This document shows, one piece after another, positions 1 to 10,618 of a stretch of 36,636 nt of DNA. The notes below the pieces were generated by a model that was not told where the DNA came from, made no database searches, and saw only the letters and a program-made list of their open reading frames with translations. Position 1 is the stretch's first letter, and every line of letters starts with the position of its first letter. The DNA comes from Candidatus Krumholzibacteriia bacterium (GTDB lineage Bacteria > Krumholzibacteriota > Krumholzibacteriia > Krumholzibacteriales > Krumholzibacteriaceae): positions 1 through 36,636 of the forward strand of contig JBAZPL010000002.1 of NCBI GenBank assembly GCA_041648155.1. The letters are read 5' to 3'. A program made the translations under genes and the position numbers.

Positions 1-621
1 CACGCTTTCGAAAAGGTCCCCGTCTATGTTCAGCAATTCCCTGAATATCCCGTTCGCGCTTACGATCCTGCCATCCGGAGAGAAGAGCGCCGCTCCCGAG
101 GGAAGCGCGTCGAGGAACCGTTCAAGTATCTCTTTCTCGCCGCCGACCTGGAAGATGATGGGAGTCTTTTCGTCCCTCTCATCCGCGAGGCTGTGAAAGA
201 GCGCTATATCCCTTCGTCCGAAGGCTTCCTTCCTGACGCTCCCGATGAAGAGCACCCCCCTGACCTGAGAGCCGTAGGCGACCGGAACGAGAAAGTAGCT
301 CTCGATTCTCGAGCCGCTCTGCCGGCCGGATCCATTGATCCCGTTTCCCCGGAAAAAGATCTTCTCGATCGCCGCCGGCGTAGATGAACTTCTCGCGTTC
401 GTGAACATGCGGTAGGTATTCTTGAGCTTGTCCCTGATCTCGGGCACGTGCGGCGATAGGTCCCTCGATTCGGCCATAATGTAAACGAGCTCCGTCTCGC
501 GCATCGTGATAAAAGCGCAGAACTCCGCTTTCGTGCGCTCCATCAGGCTCGATAGAATCGCCGGCATGACGGAATCGTTACCGATCGCTTTAAGAATCCG
601 AATCTTGAGTGATTTATCCAT
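1..621 (-). CDS. Sensor protein, N-terminal fragment (GAF-like domain followed by the start of a PAS domain); the gene runs off the left edge of the window
   Basis: The minus-strand frame is open from the ATG at 621..619 to base 1 (207 codons). It is absent from the supplied track because no stop lies in the window. My translation is MDKSLKIRILKAIGNDSVMPAILSSLMERTKAEFCAFITMRETELVYIM...YFLVPVAYGSQVRGVLFIGSVRKEAFGRRDIALFHSLAD (GAF-like), then ILERFLDALPSGAALFSPDGRIVSANGIFRELLNI (PAS N-terminal pattern). Confidence 0.65.
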   Translation of the reverse strand, partial: MDKSLKIRILKAIGNDSVMPAILSSLMERTKAEFCAFITMRETELVYIMAESRDLSPHVPEIRDKLKNTYRMFTNARSSSTPAAIEKIFFRGNGINGSGRQSGSRIESYFLVPVAYGSQVRGVLFIGSVRKEAFGRRDIALFHSLADERDEKTPIIFQVGGEKEILERFLDALPSGAALFSPDGRIVSANGIFRELLNIDGDLFESV

Positions 622-878
622 GCACTTGTCAAAACGCATTTTACATGCCATGGATGCGCTTTCTCGATACATCCCCCCCGGGAGACCCGAGTCGCCGGTA
701 TTTCCCTTTTATCTTGTTTATTATCAATAGGTTGAATTTACCGGCGATGGCCGGCGAGGGGACGGATGGCGGGAGGAACCTGGAAACGCATGCTCACGAG
801 CGGCGGTCTTCTGGCAAGAAAATTTCCATCTCCAAAACGATCGGGCTAGCCAAGAATCTGGAACAGGAGACTCCCCCC

Positions 879-1853
879 TCACGCCGGGTAACCGTCGGGA
901 CGGGCCTGCTTCCACGTGTAGGCGTCTCTCAGTATCTCTTCGATGCCGGGATAGAATCTCTTCCACCCCAGATCCTTCTCGGCCTTATCCGACGATGCGA
1001 CGAGCACCGCCGGGTCTCCCTGCCGCCGCTCGCCGAAACGATACGGGATCTCGAGGCCGGTCACCTTCTCCGCGGCGCGAATGACCTCGAGAACGGTGAA
1101 GCCGCGGCCGTTGCCGAGGTTCAGGACGCCCCCGTATCCGTCGATGAGCTTCTCGAGCCCGAGCAGGTGCGCCGATGCGAGATCCTTCACGTGAATATAA
1201 TCGCGGACGCACGTTCCGTCGCGCGTCGGATAGTCATTGCCGTAGACCACGAGCTCGTCCCTGCGCGCGAGAGCGACGTCGAGAACGAGGGGAATGAGAT
1301 GCGTTTCGGGACGGTGATCCTCGCCGTGGCTCTCCCCGGCGCCCGCGGCGTTGAAGTAGCGAAGCGAAAGAGCCTTCAGTCCCCACGCGGCCGAGCAGTC
1401 GGCGAGAAGCCGCTCGATCGCGAGCTTCGTGTTGCCGTACGCGTTGAGCGGGCGCAAGGGAGCGTCCTCCCTGATGGGCGTCTCGTCGGGCTCCCCATAG
1501 ACCGCGGCGGAGGAGGAGAAGAGAAAGAACTTCACACCGGTCTTTCTCATCGCGGCCAGCAGCGAAACGGCGCCGCCGATATTGTTTCGATAATAGGCGA
1601 TCGGATCGGCGACCGATTCGGCCACTTGCGAGAATGCGGCGAAATGACACACGGCATCGATCCCGTCGAGAGCCGGCAGCAGAAAACGTTCGTCGAGGAG
1701 GGTCCCCTCGCGAAAGCTCACGCCCTTCCCGATCGCGCCGCGATGTCCCGTCGACAGGTCGTCGACGACGACGACATCGTGAGCGCCCGCCATCAGGAAC
1801 TCCGTGACGACGCTTCCGATGTACCCCGCTCCGCCCGTTACCAGGATTCTCAT
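879..1853 (-). CDS. galE: UDP-glucose 4-epimerase
   Basis: The C-terminal 324 aa of track ORF 879..2402 begin [14 protein letters not shown] (Rossmann GxxGxxG). They contain the SDR catalytic YGNTK (YxxxK) and DYIHVKDLA motifs. The ATG at 1853..1851 overlaps the uvrA TGA stop (ATGA). The longer 507-aa N-terminal extension is Arg-rich and lies inside uvrA. Confidence 0.93.
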   Translation of the reverse strand: MRILVTGGAGYIGSVVTEFLMAGAHDVVVVDDLSTGHRGAIGKGVSFREGTLLDERFLLPALDGIDAVCHFAAFSQVAESVADPIAYYRNNIGGAVSLLAAMRKTGVKFFLFSSSAAVYGEPDETPIREDAPLRPLNAYGNTKLAIERLLADCSAAWGLKALSLRYFNAAGAGESHGEDHRPETHLIPLVLDVALARRDELVVYGNDYPTRDGTCVRDYIHVKDLASAHLLGLEKLIDGYGGVLNLGNGRGFTVLEVIRAAEKVTGLEIPYRFGERRQGDPAVLVASSDKAEKDLGWKRFYPGIEEILRDAYTWKQARPDGYPA

Positions 1854-4624
1854 TGCGTGCGACCTCCGTATCTGGCGAGATAGGCGCCAAGATATTTTCC
1901 CGTGAGCGACGCATCCGATTGTACGATGCTCTCCGGCGAGCCACAAGCGATAACCGTGCCACCCTCGTCCCCCCCACCCGGCCCGAGGTCGATCACGCGA
2001 TCCGACCAGGCGATCACCTCCATGTTGTGCTCGATGACCACGACCGTATGCCCGGCCGTCACGAGTTCCTCGAAAACGGCGAGGAGCCTGTCGACGTCGC
2101 TCATGTGGAGGCCGGTCGTCGGCTCGTCCATGATGTAGAGATTCCGCTGGCCGGCCGATTCGGCAAGCTCCCGGGCGATCTTGATCCGCTGCGCTTCCCC
2201 CCCCGAGAGGGTGTTCGACGGCTGGCCGAGCGTGAGATAACCGAGCCCCACTTTCGAGAGAATCCAGAGCTTTTCCCCCAGCTGCGGCGCCGCGTCGAAG
2301 AAGCGGATCGCGTCGTCGACCGTCATGGCGAGGACCTCGCTGATGTCCTTTCCCTTGCATCGCACCTCGAGCGTTTCCGCGTTGTAGCGCCTTCCCTCGC
2401 ATTCCTCGCAGGGGACGAAAACATCGGCCATGAAATGCATCTCAACCCTGCGAAATCCCATTCCCTGGCAGCGGGAGCAGCGGCCGCCCGATTTGTTGAA
2501 GCTGAACCGCCCGGGGTCGTATCCGCGCATGCGGGCGGCCTGCTGGGAGGCGAATATCTCGCGAATGAAGGAAAAACCCTTGATGTACGTGATCGGGTTC
2601 GAGCGCGGAGAGGAGCCGATCGGGCTCTGGTCGACGAGAAGCACGCGATCGAGCTTCCCCCGGACATCGCATCCCCTGAGTCTGAGACGGCTCGCCGAGA
2701 GCGGGTCCCTCGATACGACCGGATACAGGACGTCAACGACGAGGCTGCTCTTGCCGGAGCCGGAGACCCCCGTCACGCACGTAACAAGACCGAGAGGAAA
2801 GCTCGCATCGACGTTCTTGAGGTTATGCTCCGCGACTCCCTTGAGCTCGATCGAGCCGTATTGCCTGCGCTGCTTTTTCAACACGGTCGCGCCCGAGCGC
2901 CCGCGAAAGAGCCATTCGAGCGTTTTCGATTCCGGAGCGATCGCTGTGCGCGCCTGCTCGATCGTGCCGCTGAAGAGGACCTCTCCCCCGAGGCTCCCCG
3001 GACCCGGTCCGAGGTCAACGAGGTAATCGCACGAGCGGATGATATCGGGATCGTGCTCGACGACGAGAACGGTATTGCCGAGATCCCTGAGCCGTCCGAG
3101 CACCGAGACGAGCCGCTCGTTGTCGGCGGCGTGGAGTCCGATCGACGGCTCGTCGAGAATGTAGAGCGCGTCGACGAGATTCGCGCCGAGGGAGTTCGCG
3201 AGATTGATGCGCTGCGCCTCCCCCCCCGAGAGCGTGCGGGTCAGTCTGTCGAGCGTAATATACCCGAGGCCGACATCGATCATGAACCGAAGACGGGACG
3301 CGATCTCCGAAAGGATATCCCTGGCGATGCGCCGCTCCTGCTCGGTTAAGCGTATCCCCTCGATCGCCTCGAGAACCCGCGCAGGGATCATCCGGACAAG
3401 GTCGCGGATCGTGAAGTCCCCGATTCTCACGTTATACGCTCCACGCTTGAGTCTTCCCCCCTCGCACGTGCGGCACGTCGTGAAGGCCATGTATTTCCGC
3501 GTGAAGAAACGGTGCCCCTTCTTGTAGCTCTTTTCCCGCAGCTTCTCGAGGAAGGGAATCACGCCGAGGTATTTTCCTTCCCCTTCGAAGATGAGCTTCC
3601 TCGATTCCCCGGGAAGATCCATCCAGGGAACGCTTAGGGGAATGTGTTTCACGCGGCAGAATTCGATCAGCCGGTGTTGAAAATACGCAAAACGCTCGCG
3701 CGACCACGGATCGATCGCGAGTTTTTCTATCGATAGTCTTCTGTCCGGGATGATGAGATCCTCCGAGAACTCCATCCGGTCGCCGAATCCATGGCAATCG
3801 GGGCACGCGCCGTAGGGGCTGTTGAACGAGAAGAGGAGCGGGTTCGGCGCCTCAAAGGACGTTCCGCACGCGGAACAGAGCGGTGCCTGGGTGAAACGAT
3901 GCGCCGCGCCGCCGCCGGCTTCCGCTATCTCGATGCTTCCCGACGATTCGCGGTATGCGAGCTCCACGACCTCGGCGATGCGGGACCTGTTCGCCTCGAC
4001 CGCCTCGATGCGGTCGAGAAGCACCGCAATCTCCGCGCGCACGCCCTTTTCGATCGCGAACTCCTCGACGCGAACGGCTTCCCCCCCGGCAAAAAGCCTC
4101 GAATATCCCCTCGAGAGAAGATACCCGCGCCTCGTTTTCCATTCCGCGGAGTCGAAGGCGCCGAGCGACATGAGGAGGTTGATCCGTTTTCCGTCAAAGA
4201 GACGGATGATCTCCTGCGCCGCGTCGCTCGGGCTGTGCGCGCGCACCTCGATGCCGCAGCGCGGACAGACGGTTCGGCCGACGCGGGCGAAAAGCAGTCG
4301 AATATAGTCGTAGATCTCCGTCGCCGTTCCGACGGTCGAGCGCGCGCTCGTCACCGTGTTCTTCTGCCTGATTGCGATTGTGGGGCTCAGGCCGGATATA
4401 TCGTCGACATCGGGGCGTTCGAGCTTCTCGATGAACTGCCGGGCGTAGGTGGAGAGCGATTCGATGTAGCGCCGCTGGCCTTCGGCGAAGATCGTGTCGA
4501 AGGCGAGCGAGGACTTGCCGGAACCGGAAACACCCGTAATAACGATGAGGGTGCGCCTCGGGAGCTCGAGATCGACGTTCTTGAGATTATGCTGGCGCGC
4601 GCCGCGGATGATAATCGTGTCCAT
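1850..4624 (-). CDS. uvrA: Excinuclease ABC subunit A (UvrA)
   Basis: [64 protein letters not shown] matches the UvrA N-terminus. Two ABC modules are present (GVSGSGKSS twice, LSGGEAQR twice). The Cys4 zinc modules are CPRCG, CSACG..CPDCHG and CSRCQG..CEECEG. The track ORF starts 6 codons earlier (4642), but MDTIII fits the family N-terminus better. Confidence 0.9.
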   Translation of the reverse strand: MDTIIIRGARQHNLKNVDLELPRRTLIVITGVSGSGKSSLAFDTIFAEGQRRYIESLSTYARQFIEKLERPDVDDISGLSPTIAIRQKNTVTSARSTVGTATEIYDYIRLLFARVGRTVCPRCGIEVRAHSPSDAAQEIIRLFDGKRINLLMSLGAFDSAEWKTRRGYLLSRGYSRLFAGGEAVRVEEFAIEKGVRAEIAVLLDRIEAVEANRSRIAEVVELAYRESSGSIEIAEAGGGAAHRFTQAPLCSACGTSFEAPNPLLFSFNSPYGACPDCHGFGDRMEFSEDLIIPDRRLSIEKLAIDPWSRERFAYFQHRLIEFCRVKHIPLSVPWMDLPGESRKLIFEGEGKYLGVIPFLEKLREKSYKKGHRFFTRKYMAFTTCRTCEGGRLKRGAYNVRIGDFTIRDLVRMIPARVLEAIEGIRLTEQERRIARDILSEIASRLRFMIDVGLGYITLDRLTRTLSGGEAQRINLANSLGANLVDALYILDEPSIGLHAADNERLVSVLGRLRDLGNTVLVVEHDPDIIRSCDYLVDLGPGPGSLGGEVLFSGTIEQARTAIAPESKTLEWLFRGRSGATVLKKQRRQYGSIELKGVAEHNLKNVDASFPLGLVTCVTGVSGSGKSSLVVDVLYPVVSRDPLSASRLRLRGCDVRGKLDRVLLVDQSPIGSSPRSNPITYIKGFSFIREIFASQQAARMRGYDPGRFSFNKSGGRCSRCQGMGFRRVEMHFMADVFVPCEECEGRRYNAETLEVRCKGKDISEVLAMTVDDAIRFFDAAPQLGEKLWILSKVGLGYLTLGQPSNTLSGGEAQRIKIARELAESAGQRNLYIMDEPTTGLHMSDVDRLLAVFEELVTAGHTVVVIEHNMEVIAWSDRVIDLGPGGGDEGGTVIACGSPESIVQSDASLTGKYLGAYLARYGGRTQ

Positions 4625-4788
4625 ACCCCACGCTCTTTTCATGCAAAGGGCAATTGTTCATTGTATCAGGAGAAACGCAACCGCGCAACAGCGGTTTTGA
4701 GATGGTTTTGAGGTGGTCGCATACTTGTGTTCGCACGGGTTTTCGGTTACGATTCCGCGGACGCATCATGCGGGAAGGCGGGTAAACG

Positions 4789-5613
4789 ATGGAACCATCC
4801 GATCGCGCGATCGGCGCGGAGATAGCGGCGCTCCGGAAGACGCTTCGGATTCTCCGCGGTCCGGGCGGCTGCCCGTGGGATCGCGAGCGGGATATCGACG
4901 ACATGATCTCCTACCTCATCGAGGAATCGTACGAGCTTCTCCAGGCCGAAAAGGGAAAGAACTGGCGTCACGTCGAAGAGGAGCTCGGCGATGTGTTCTT
5001 CATCCTCATCTTCATTCATGAGCTCCTCCTCGAGAAGAGGGAGACGCCGCTCGCGGCGATCGTCGCGCGTGTTCATGAAAAGCTCGTCACCCGGCATCCG
5101 CACGTATTCGGAAATACCAGAGCGGCGAACAGCTCGGAAAGCCTCGCCGAGTGGGAACGCATGAAGCGCTCGGAAAGGCGCAAACGGCCCGCTTCGGGCG
5201 CCCTCTCGAACATTCCCGCGAAGCTCCCGCCGCTTCGCCGCGCCGCCGCCGTCCAGATAAGGGCAGCCGGGGTCGGCTTCGACTGGCCTGACTGCACGGG
5301 CATCCTCGACAAGCTCCGCGAGGAGATCGACGAGCTCACGACGGAGCTGCGGCGCGGCTCGCGCGCGGGGGTCAAGGACGAAGTCGGCGACATCCTGTTC
5401 ACCGTCGTGAACCTCGCCCGCTACCTCAAGGTCGATCCGGAAAGCGTCCTCGAGGGCGCGACGGAGAAGTTCGTCGGGCGTTTCGGCGAGGTCGAACGGC
5501 GGGCGAAGAGAAGCGGAAAGAAGCTGTCCTCCATGAGCCTCGACGAGATGGAACGCCTCTGGCAGAAAAGCAAGGCACGGAGGCCGAGGCGCGCCGCGCG
5601 AAAGCGGTCCTAG
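4789..5613 (+). CDS. mazG: Nucleoside triphosphate pyrophosphohydrolase MazG
   Basis: LRKTLRILRGPGGCPWDRERDIDDMISYLIEESYELLQA...EEELGDVFFILIF...VHEKLVTRHPHVFG is the MazG tandem-domain signature. The second domain carries EEIDELTTEL...DEVGDILFTVVNLARYL. Confidence 0.9.
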   Translation: MEPSDRAIGAEIAALRKTLRILRGPGGCPWDRERDIDDMISYLIEESYELLQAEKGKNWRHVEEELGDVFFILIFIHELLLEKRETPLAAIVARVHEKLVTRHPHVFGNTRAANSSESLAEWERMKRSERRKRPASGALSNIPAKLPPLRRAAAVQIRAAGVGFDWPDCTGILDKLREEIDELTTELRRGSRAGVKDEVGDILFTVVNLARYLKVDPESVLEGATEKFVGRFGEVERRAKRSGKKLSSMSLDEMERLWQKSKARRPRRAARKRS

Positions 5614-5656
5614 GGATCGAACAAGCGGCCCCTCATCGAGAGCCCGGAGATTCGAA

Positions 5657-5685
5657 CAAAAAAAAGGGGGCGACGAATCGCCCCC
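5657..5685 (-). terminator. Rho-independent terminator after the OmpA-family gene; may also act for convergent mazG
   Basis: Perfect 8-bp GC-rich stem GGGGGCGA/TCGCCCCC (5666-5673 / 5678-5685) with a CGAA loop. On the minus strand it is followed by a 9-T run (complement of A9 at 5657-5665). It sits between the convergent stops at 5613 and 5717. Confidence 0.75.
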
Positions 5686-5716
5686 TTCGCGTGTCTGCCA
5701 TACGGCCCGAGAGTAT

Positions 5717-7612
<1,896 letters not shown>

Positions 7613-7655
7613 ACTGTTCCCTCCCGGGTGAGATCCGTGATCGAATCGATCCTAC

Positions 7656-7988
7656 CTAGGTGTTCTTTTCGGTACCATCTTCTTCGGCGATATCCCCCGC
7701 TCCGCCCTCTTTCCCCCTCTTTGACTCGTCGAGATAGTTCATCTGGAGCTCCGTGAGCACGGCGTTGATGATTCTCTGCTCTTCCGGCTCAAGATTACCC
7801 GCCGTTTTCTCGCGGATCATGACGAGCATATCGATTGTAATGCGCGCCTGATGCAAATCTCGTTCCACTTTTCCGGTGATCGGACTGACAAGCTTTCCCA
7901 GCTGCTGCAGCGCGAGCGTCTCGAACATCGCGACGAGGTGCGTGAAAAGAAACGCGTTCCGTTCTTCATCGTTGGAATTGTATGCCAT
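7656..7988 (-). CDS. DUF1844 domain protein
   Basis: FLFTHLVAMFETLALQQLGKLVSPITGKVERDLHQARITIDMLVMIREKTAGNLEPEEQRIINAVLTELQMNYL matches my recollection of the DUF1844 pattern (ID.L..L..KT.GNL..EE). It has an acidic C-terminal tail. Confidence 0.7.
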   Translation of the reverse strand: MAYNSNDEERNAFLFTHLVAMFETLALQQLGKLVSPITGKVERDLHQARITIDMLVMIREKTAGNLEPEEQRIINAVLTELQMNYLDESKRGKEGGAGDIAEEDGTEKNT

Positions 7989-8058
7989 TGCCCATCCCTC
8001 CCTTATGATCGAGTCCGACTATAGGGAGAGCGGCGATAGGCCGTCAACGAAAAAGGAG

Positions 8059-8097
8059 CCATGGAAAGAGCCGCGGACCCCGCACGGCCCGCGGCTC
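8059..8097 (-). terminator. Possible terminator hairpin downstream of the XRE-cupin gene
   Basis: Perfect 9-bp stem GAGCCGCGG/CCGCGGCTC (8068-8076 / 8089-8097) with a 12-nt loop. Only TTT immediately follows on the minus strand, and a T5 run lies 13 nt further on, so this is not a canonical intrinsic terminator. Confidence 0.35.
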
Positions 8098-8148
8098 TCG
8101 ATCCGGGTCGGACTTGGGCGGCGCCGGGACCGCGACGCGCAACCGCCG

Positions 8149-8712
8149 TCAATCCACCTTTCGTTCCGAAGCGAACCAGATCATCTTCGCCTGATCGGTT
8201 CCCGAGGCGTTCACGTAGCCGTGATCCTGGTTCGCGAGAAAATAGACACTGTCGCCTTCTCCGAGATCGTACGTTTTGTCCGCGATCTTGAACTGCACTT
8301 TACCCTGAAGAACGAGCGCCGCCTCGTCCCCCTCGTGGGCGTGGACGGAAATCTCCTGCGGGGGGACCGGCGACATCGTGATGAGCCGTGCGTTGATCTT
8401 GCCGCTCGGGATCGATTTCGTGAGCATTTCGGCCGTCCCCGGACAGCGCCCGAGCGTGCACTGCTTGCGGTCCTCGTACGCGACGAAGGAAACATCGCGC
8501 AACTCTTCATCCTCGATGAAATACGCGGGCTCTCTCTCGAGCGCATCCGCGATCCTGATGAGCGCGCCTATCGTCGGGGAGGTTTTTCCGCGCTCGATCT
8601 CGGAGATATGGGTCGCGGAGATGCCGGCCTTCGCCTCGACGTTCTTGAGCGTGAGATGCTGCTCCTCTCGAATCTTCTTGATCCGTCTCCCGATTTCGTC
8701 CTTCGATATCAT
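8149..8712 (-). CDS. XRE-family HTH transcriptional regulator with C-terminal cupin domain
   Basis: IGRRIKKIREEQHLTLKNVEAKAGISATHISEIERGKTSPTIGALIRIADAL is an HTH_3/XRE motif. The C-terminus HAHEGDEAALVLQGKVQFKIADKTYDLGEGDSVYF..NQDHGYVN is a cupin. Confidence 0.88.
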   Translation of the reverse strand: MISKDEIGRRIKKIREEQHLTLKNVEAKAGISATHISEIERGKTSPTIGALIRIADALEREPAYFIEDEELRDVSFVAYEDRKQCTLGRCPGTAEMLTKSIPSGKINARLITMSPVPPQEISVHAHEGDEAALVLQGKVQFKIADKTYDLGEGDSVYFLANQDHGYVNASGTDQAKMIWFASERKVD

Positions 8713-8746
8713 TGCTCCACGATCCTCCTCACCGGCGCGGCGGCTC

Positions 8747-9307
8747 TTACAAACTGTACGGCGGGAGCGTCACCCAGATCGCGCGACACTTCGCGTCGCC
8801 GATATTCCGCATTGCGTGAGGCTTCGCCGCCTTGTAATGGATGCTGTCCCCCTCTTTGAGAATGAACTTCTGATCCCCGATGATGATCTCCATGACGCCC
8901 TTCGTGACCATCGCAAACTCCTCGCCGTCATGCGTGCTCGTCTCCTCGGGACGTTTGATGCCGGGCTCGAGCTCAACCTCGAGGAACGAAATCCTCGGCA
9001 TAGGAACATCCTTGGCGAGGGAGCAATAGGTGGCGCCCCAATCCTTGAACTGCATTCTCTTGCGCCTGGCCTTATTGACGACGGAGACTTTCGAAGCGTT
9101 CTGCTTCTCCACGAAATATGCCACGTCGGTACCCATCGCCTCGGCTATCTTCGCCAGGGCCCCCACGGTAGGAGAGGTCATTCCGCGTTCGATCTCCGAG
9201 ACATGAGTCGCAGAAACCTTGGCCTTAACCTCGATATCCTTGAGCGTAAGTCCCTTGGAGAGACGGAATCGCTTTATTCGTGCGCCGATTTCATCCTTGC
9301 CGTTCAT
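8747..9307 (-). CDS. XRE-family HTH transcriptional regulator with C-terminal cupin domain (tandem paralog)
   Basis: IGARIKRFRLSKGLTLKDIEVKAKVSATHVSEIERGMTSPTVGALAKIAEAM (HTH) plus THDGEEFAMVTKGVMEIIIGDQKFILKEGDSIHYKAAKPHAMRN (cupin). It is collinear with the neighbouring 187-aa protein. Confidence 0.88.
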   Translation of the reverse strand: MNGKDEIGARIKRFRLSKGLTLKDIEVKAKVSATHVSEIERGMTSPTVGALAKIAEAMGTDVAYFVEKQNASKVSVVNKARRKRMQFKDWGATYCSLAKDVPMPRISFLEVELEPGIKRPEETSTHDGEEFAMVTKGVMEIIIGDQKFILKEGDSIHYKAAKPHAMRNIGDAKCRAIWVTLPPYSL

Positions 9308-9577
9308 TGCCTTCTCCCCTCATTGCCCTATGGATTGAAAAAAGCAAGAAAACGATGATCGACCTCTATAGTAAGAGAAAAACTATCCATTTTCAACAAT
9401 TAATTTTCCCATTTATGATTAATTCCACATTAATGCAATTTGCTGCAAATAAATAAACTATCCATGCCGGCGACCAAGCCCCCTGCGCCACGGTGAGGCG
9501 CATATATCTCTTTCAAAATTCTAGACTTGATTCCCCCCTTCCCGTATATTCGACCTGAAAAGATGGAGATTATCGCG
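9308..9577. promoter_or_regulatory. Divergent intergenic control region (XRE-cupin genes leftward, LPS-core operon rightward) with an AT-rich core and operator-like repeats
   Basis: A sharp AT-rich island at about 9340-9470 sits in an otherwise GC-rich window. It holds an 11-bp direct repeat AAACTATCCAT at 9380-9390 and 9455-9465, and a perfect 6-1-6 palindrome ATTTGC-T-GCAAAT at 9438-9450. Confidence 0.5.
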
Positions 9578-10618
9578 ATGCCGCAGGCTTCAGACAGAAT
9601 TTGCATAATCCGCTTGGGCTCTCTCGGGGATCTCGTTCTCATGACGCCTATGCTGAGGGCGCTGCGCACGAGTTTCCCGTCGAAGGAGATACATCTCGTC
9701 TGCAAGGAGAAGTATGCGGGGCTCTTCGATGGAGGCGGCCTCGTCGACTCCCTCATCCCGATGAGACGGGGCGATTTCCGCGAGATCGTCGATCTGCGCT
9801 CGGCGCTGAGCCGCACCGGATATGAAACGATCATCGACGCCCACGGAGTCATCCGGAGCAATCTTCTCTACCATATGCTGCGCGCGCCGAGAAAGCTCCA
9901 GATTCACAAGGACGAGCTCAAAAAGGCCGCGCTGATCGTCGGCAAAGCGAATCTATACAAACGCGTTACATCGCAGGTCGAACGCTACGCGGAGCTTGCG
10001 CGGAGGATCGGCGCTGAAATGCGCGAGCCCTACGCGGAACTGCCCGTGCCCCCAAGCGCGATGAAAAGCGCGGAAGCGGCTCTTGAGCGTGCCGGGCGCG
10101 GTTGCAGACCGCTCGTCGCGTTCGCCCCGGGCGCGCGATGGCCGACCAAGCGGTGGCCCGCGGAGCGCTTCGCCCGATTGATCTTCGAGGCATCGGCCCG
10201 CGGCTGCGAGTCTCTGCTCATCGGAGGAGCCGAGGATTCCGCGACGAACGCCGAAGTGGCGGAGCTCTCCCGAAGCGCCCCCCTCGATCTCACCGGCGCT
10301 CTCTCGATCATCGAGTCCGCCGCGGTTCTGAAGCGGTGCAGGGCGCTCGTGGCCAACGACTCCGCGCCGCTTCACCTCGCCGAGGCGGTGGGCACGCCGG
10401 TGATCGCCCTCTTCGGACCCACGGTGCGCGAGTTCGGCTATTTCCCGCGTCTCCCCGCGAGCAGGGCGCTCGAAACGACGCTCCCCTGCCGTCCCTGCTC
10501 GAGAAACGGCAAACGCACCTGCCCCTACGGAACGAAGGAATGCCTCACGTCGATCGAACCGTCCACGGCTCTCGAAGCGCTCCTCCAGGCGCTCGGAGAA
10601 ACGCGGGATCTCCCATGA
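9578..10618 (+). CDS. Glycosyltransferase family 9 (LPS heptosyltransferase-like)
   Basis: ICIIRLGSLGDLVLMTPMLRALR...IHLVCKEKY, then VAFAPGARWPTKRWPAERFARL...LIGGAEDS...LTGALSIIESAAVLKRCRALVANDSAPLHLAEAVGTPVIALFGPT is the GT9 pattern. The start is uncertain: ATGs lie at 9527, 9563 and 9578, and GGAG sits 9 nt before 9578. The stop overlaps the waaA start (ATGA). Confidence 0.85.
   Translation: MPQASDRICIIRLGSLGDLVLMTPMLRALRTSFPSKEIHLVCKEKYAGLFDGGGLVDSLIPMRRGDFREIVDLRSALSRTGYETIIDAHGVIRSNLLYHMLRAPRKLQIHKDELKKAALIVGKANLYKRVTSQVERYAELARRIGAEMREPYAELPVPPSAMKSAEAALERAGRGCRPLVAFAPGARWPTKRWPAERFARLIFEASARGCESLLIGGAEDSATNAEVAELSRSAPLDLTGALSIIESAAVLKRCRALVANDSAPLHLAEAVGTPVIALFGPTVREFGYFPRLPASRALETTLPCRPCSRNGKRTCPYGTKECLTSIEPSTALEALLQALGETRDLP

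Noticed and set aside
740-753. Small hairpin CCGGC-GATG-GCCGG downstream of galE as a terminator
   Set aside because: The stem is only 5 bp and no T-tract follows on the minus strand, which is too weak to annotate.
879-2402. N-terminal extensions in the track ORFs (galE 507 aa, waaA 10102..11934, tsaC 12799..13824, lipoprotein 20568..22817, beta-barrel 22289..23239)
   Set aside because: The extensions are Arg-rich, overlap the well-supported upstream gene and precede an internal Met that matches the family N-terminus, a signal peptide or a Shine-Dalgarno sequence. I used the shorter starts.
609-3349. Long + strand ORFs 609..1883 (424 aa) and 1853..3349 (498 aa), and minus ORF 1234..1977
   Set aside because: They are antisense or frame-shifted shadows of galE and uvrA, with Arg/Pro/Gly-dominated low-complexity translations and no motifs.
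4625-4788. SOS (LexA) box upstream of uvrA
   Set aside because: I found no match to the consensus forms I know (CTGT-N8-ACAG, GAAC-N4-GTTC and variants). Only CAATTG and a TTGTTCATTG stretch are present, which is insufficient.
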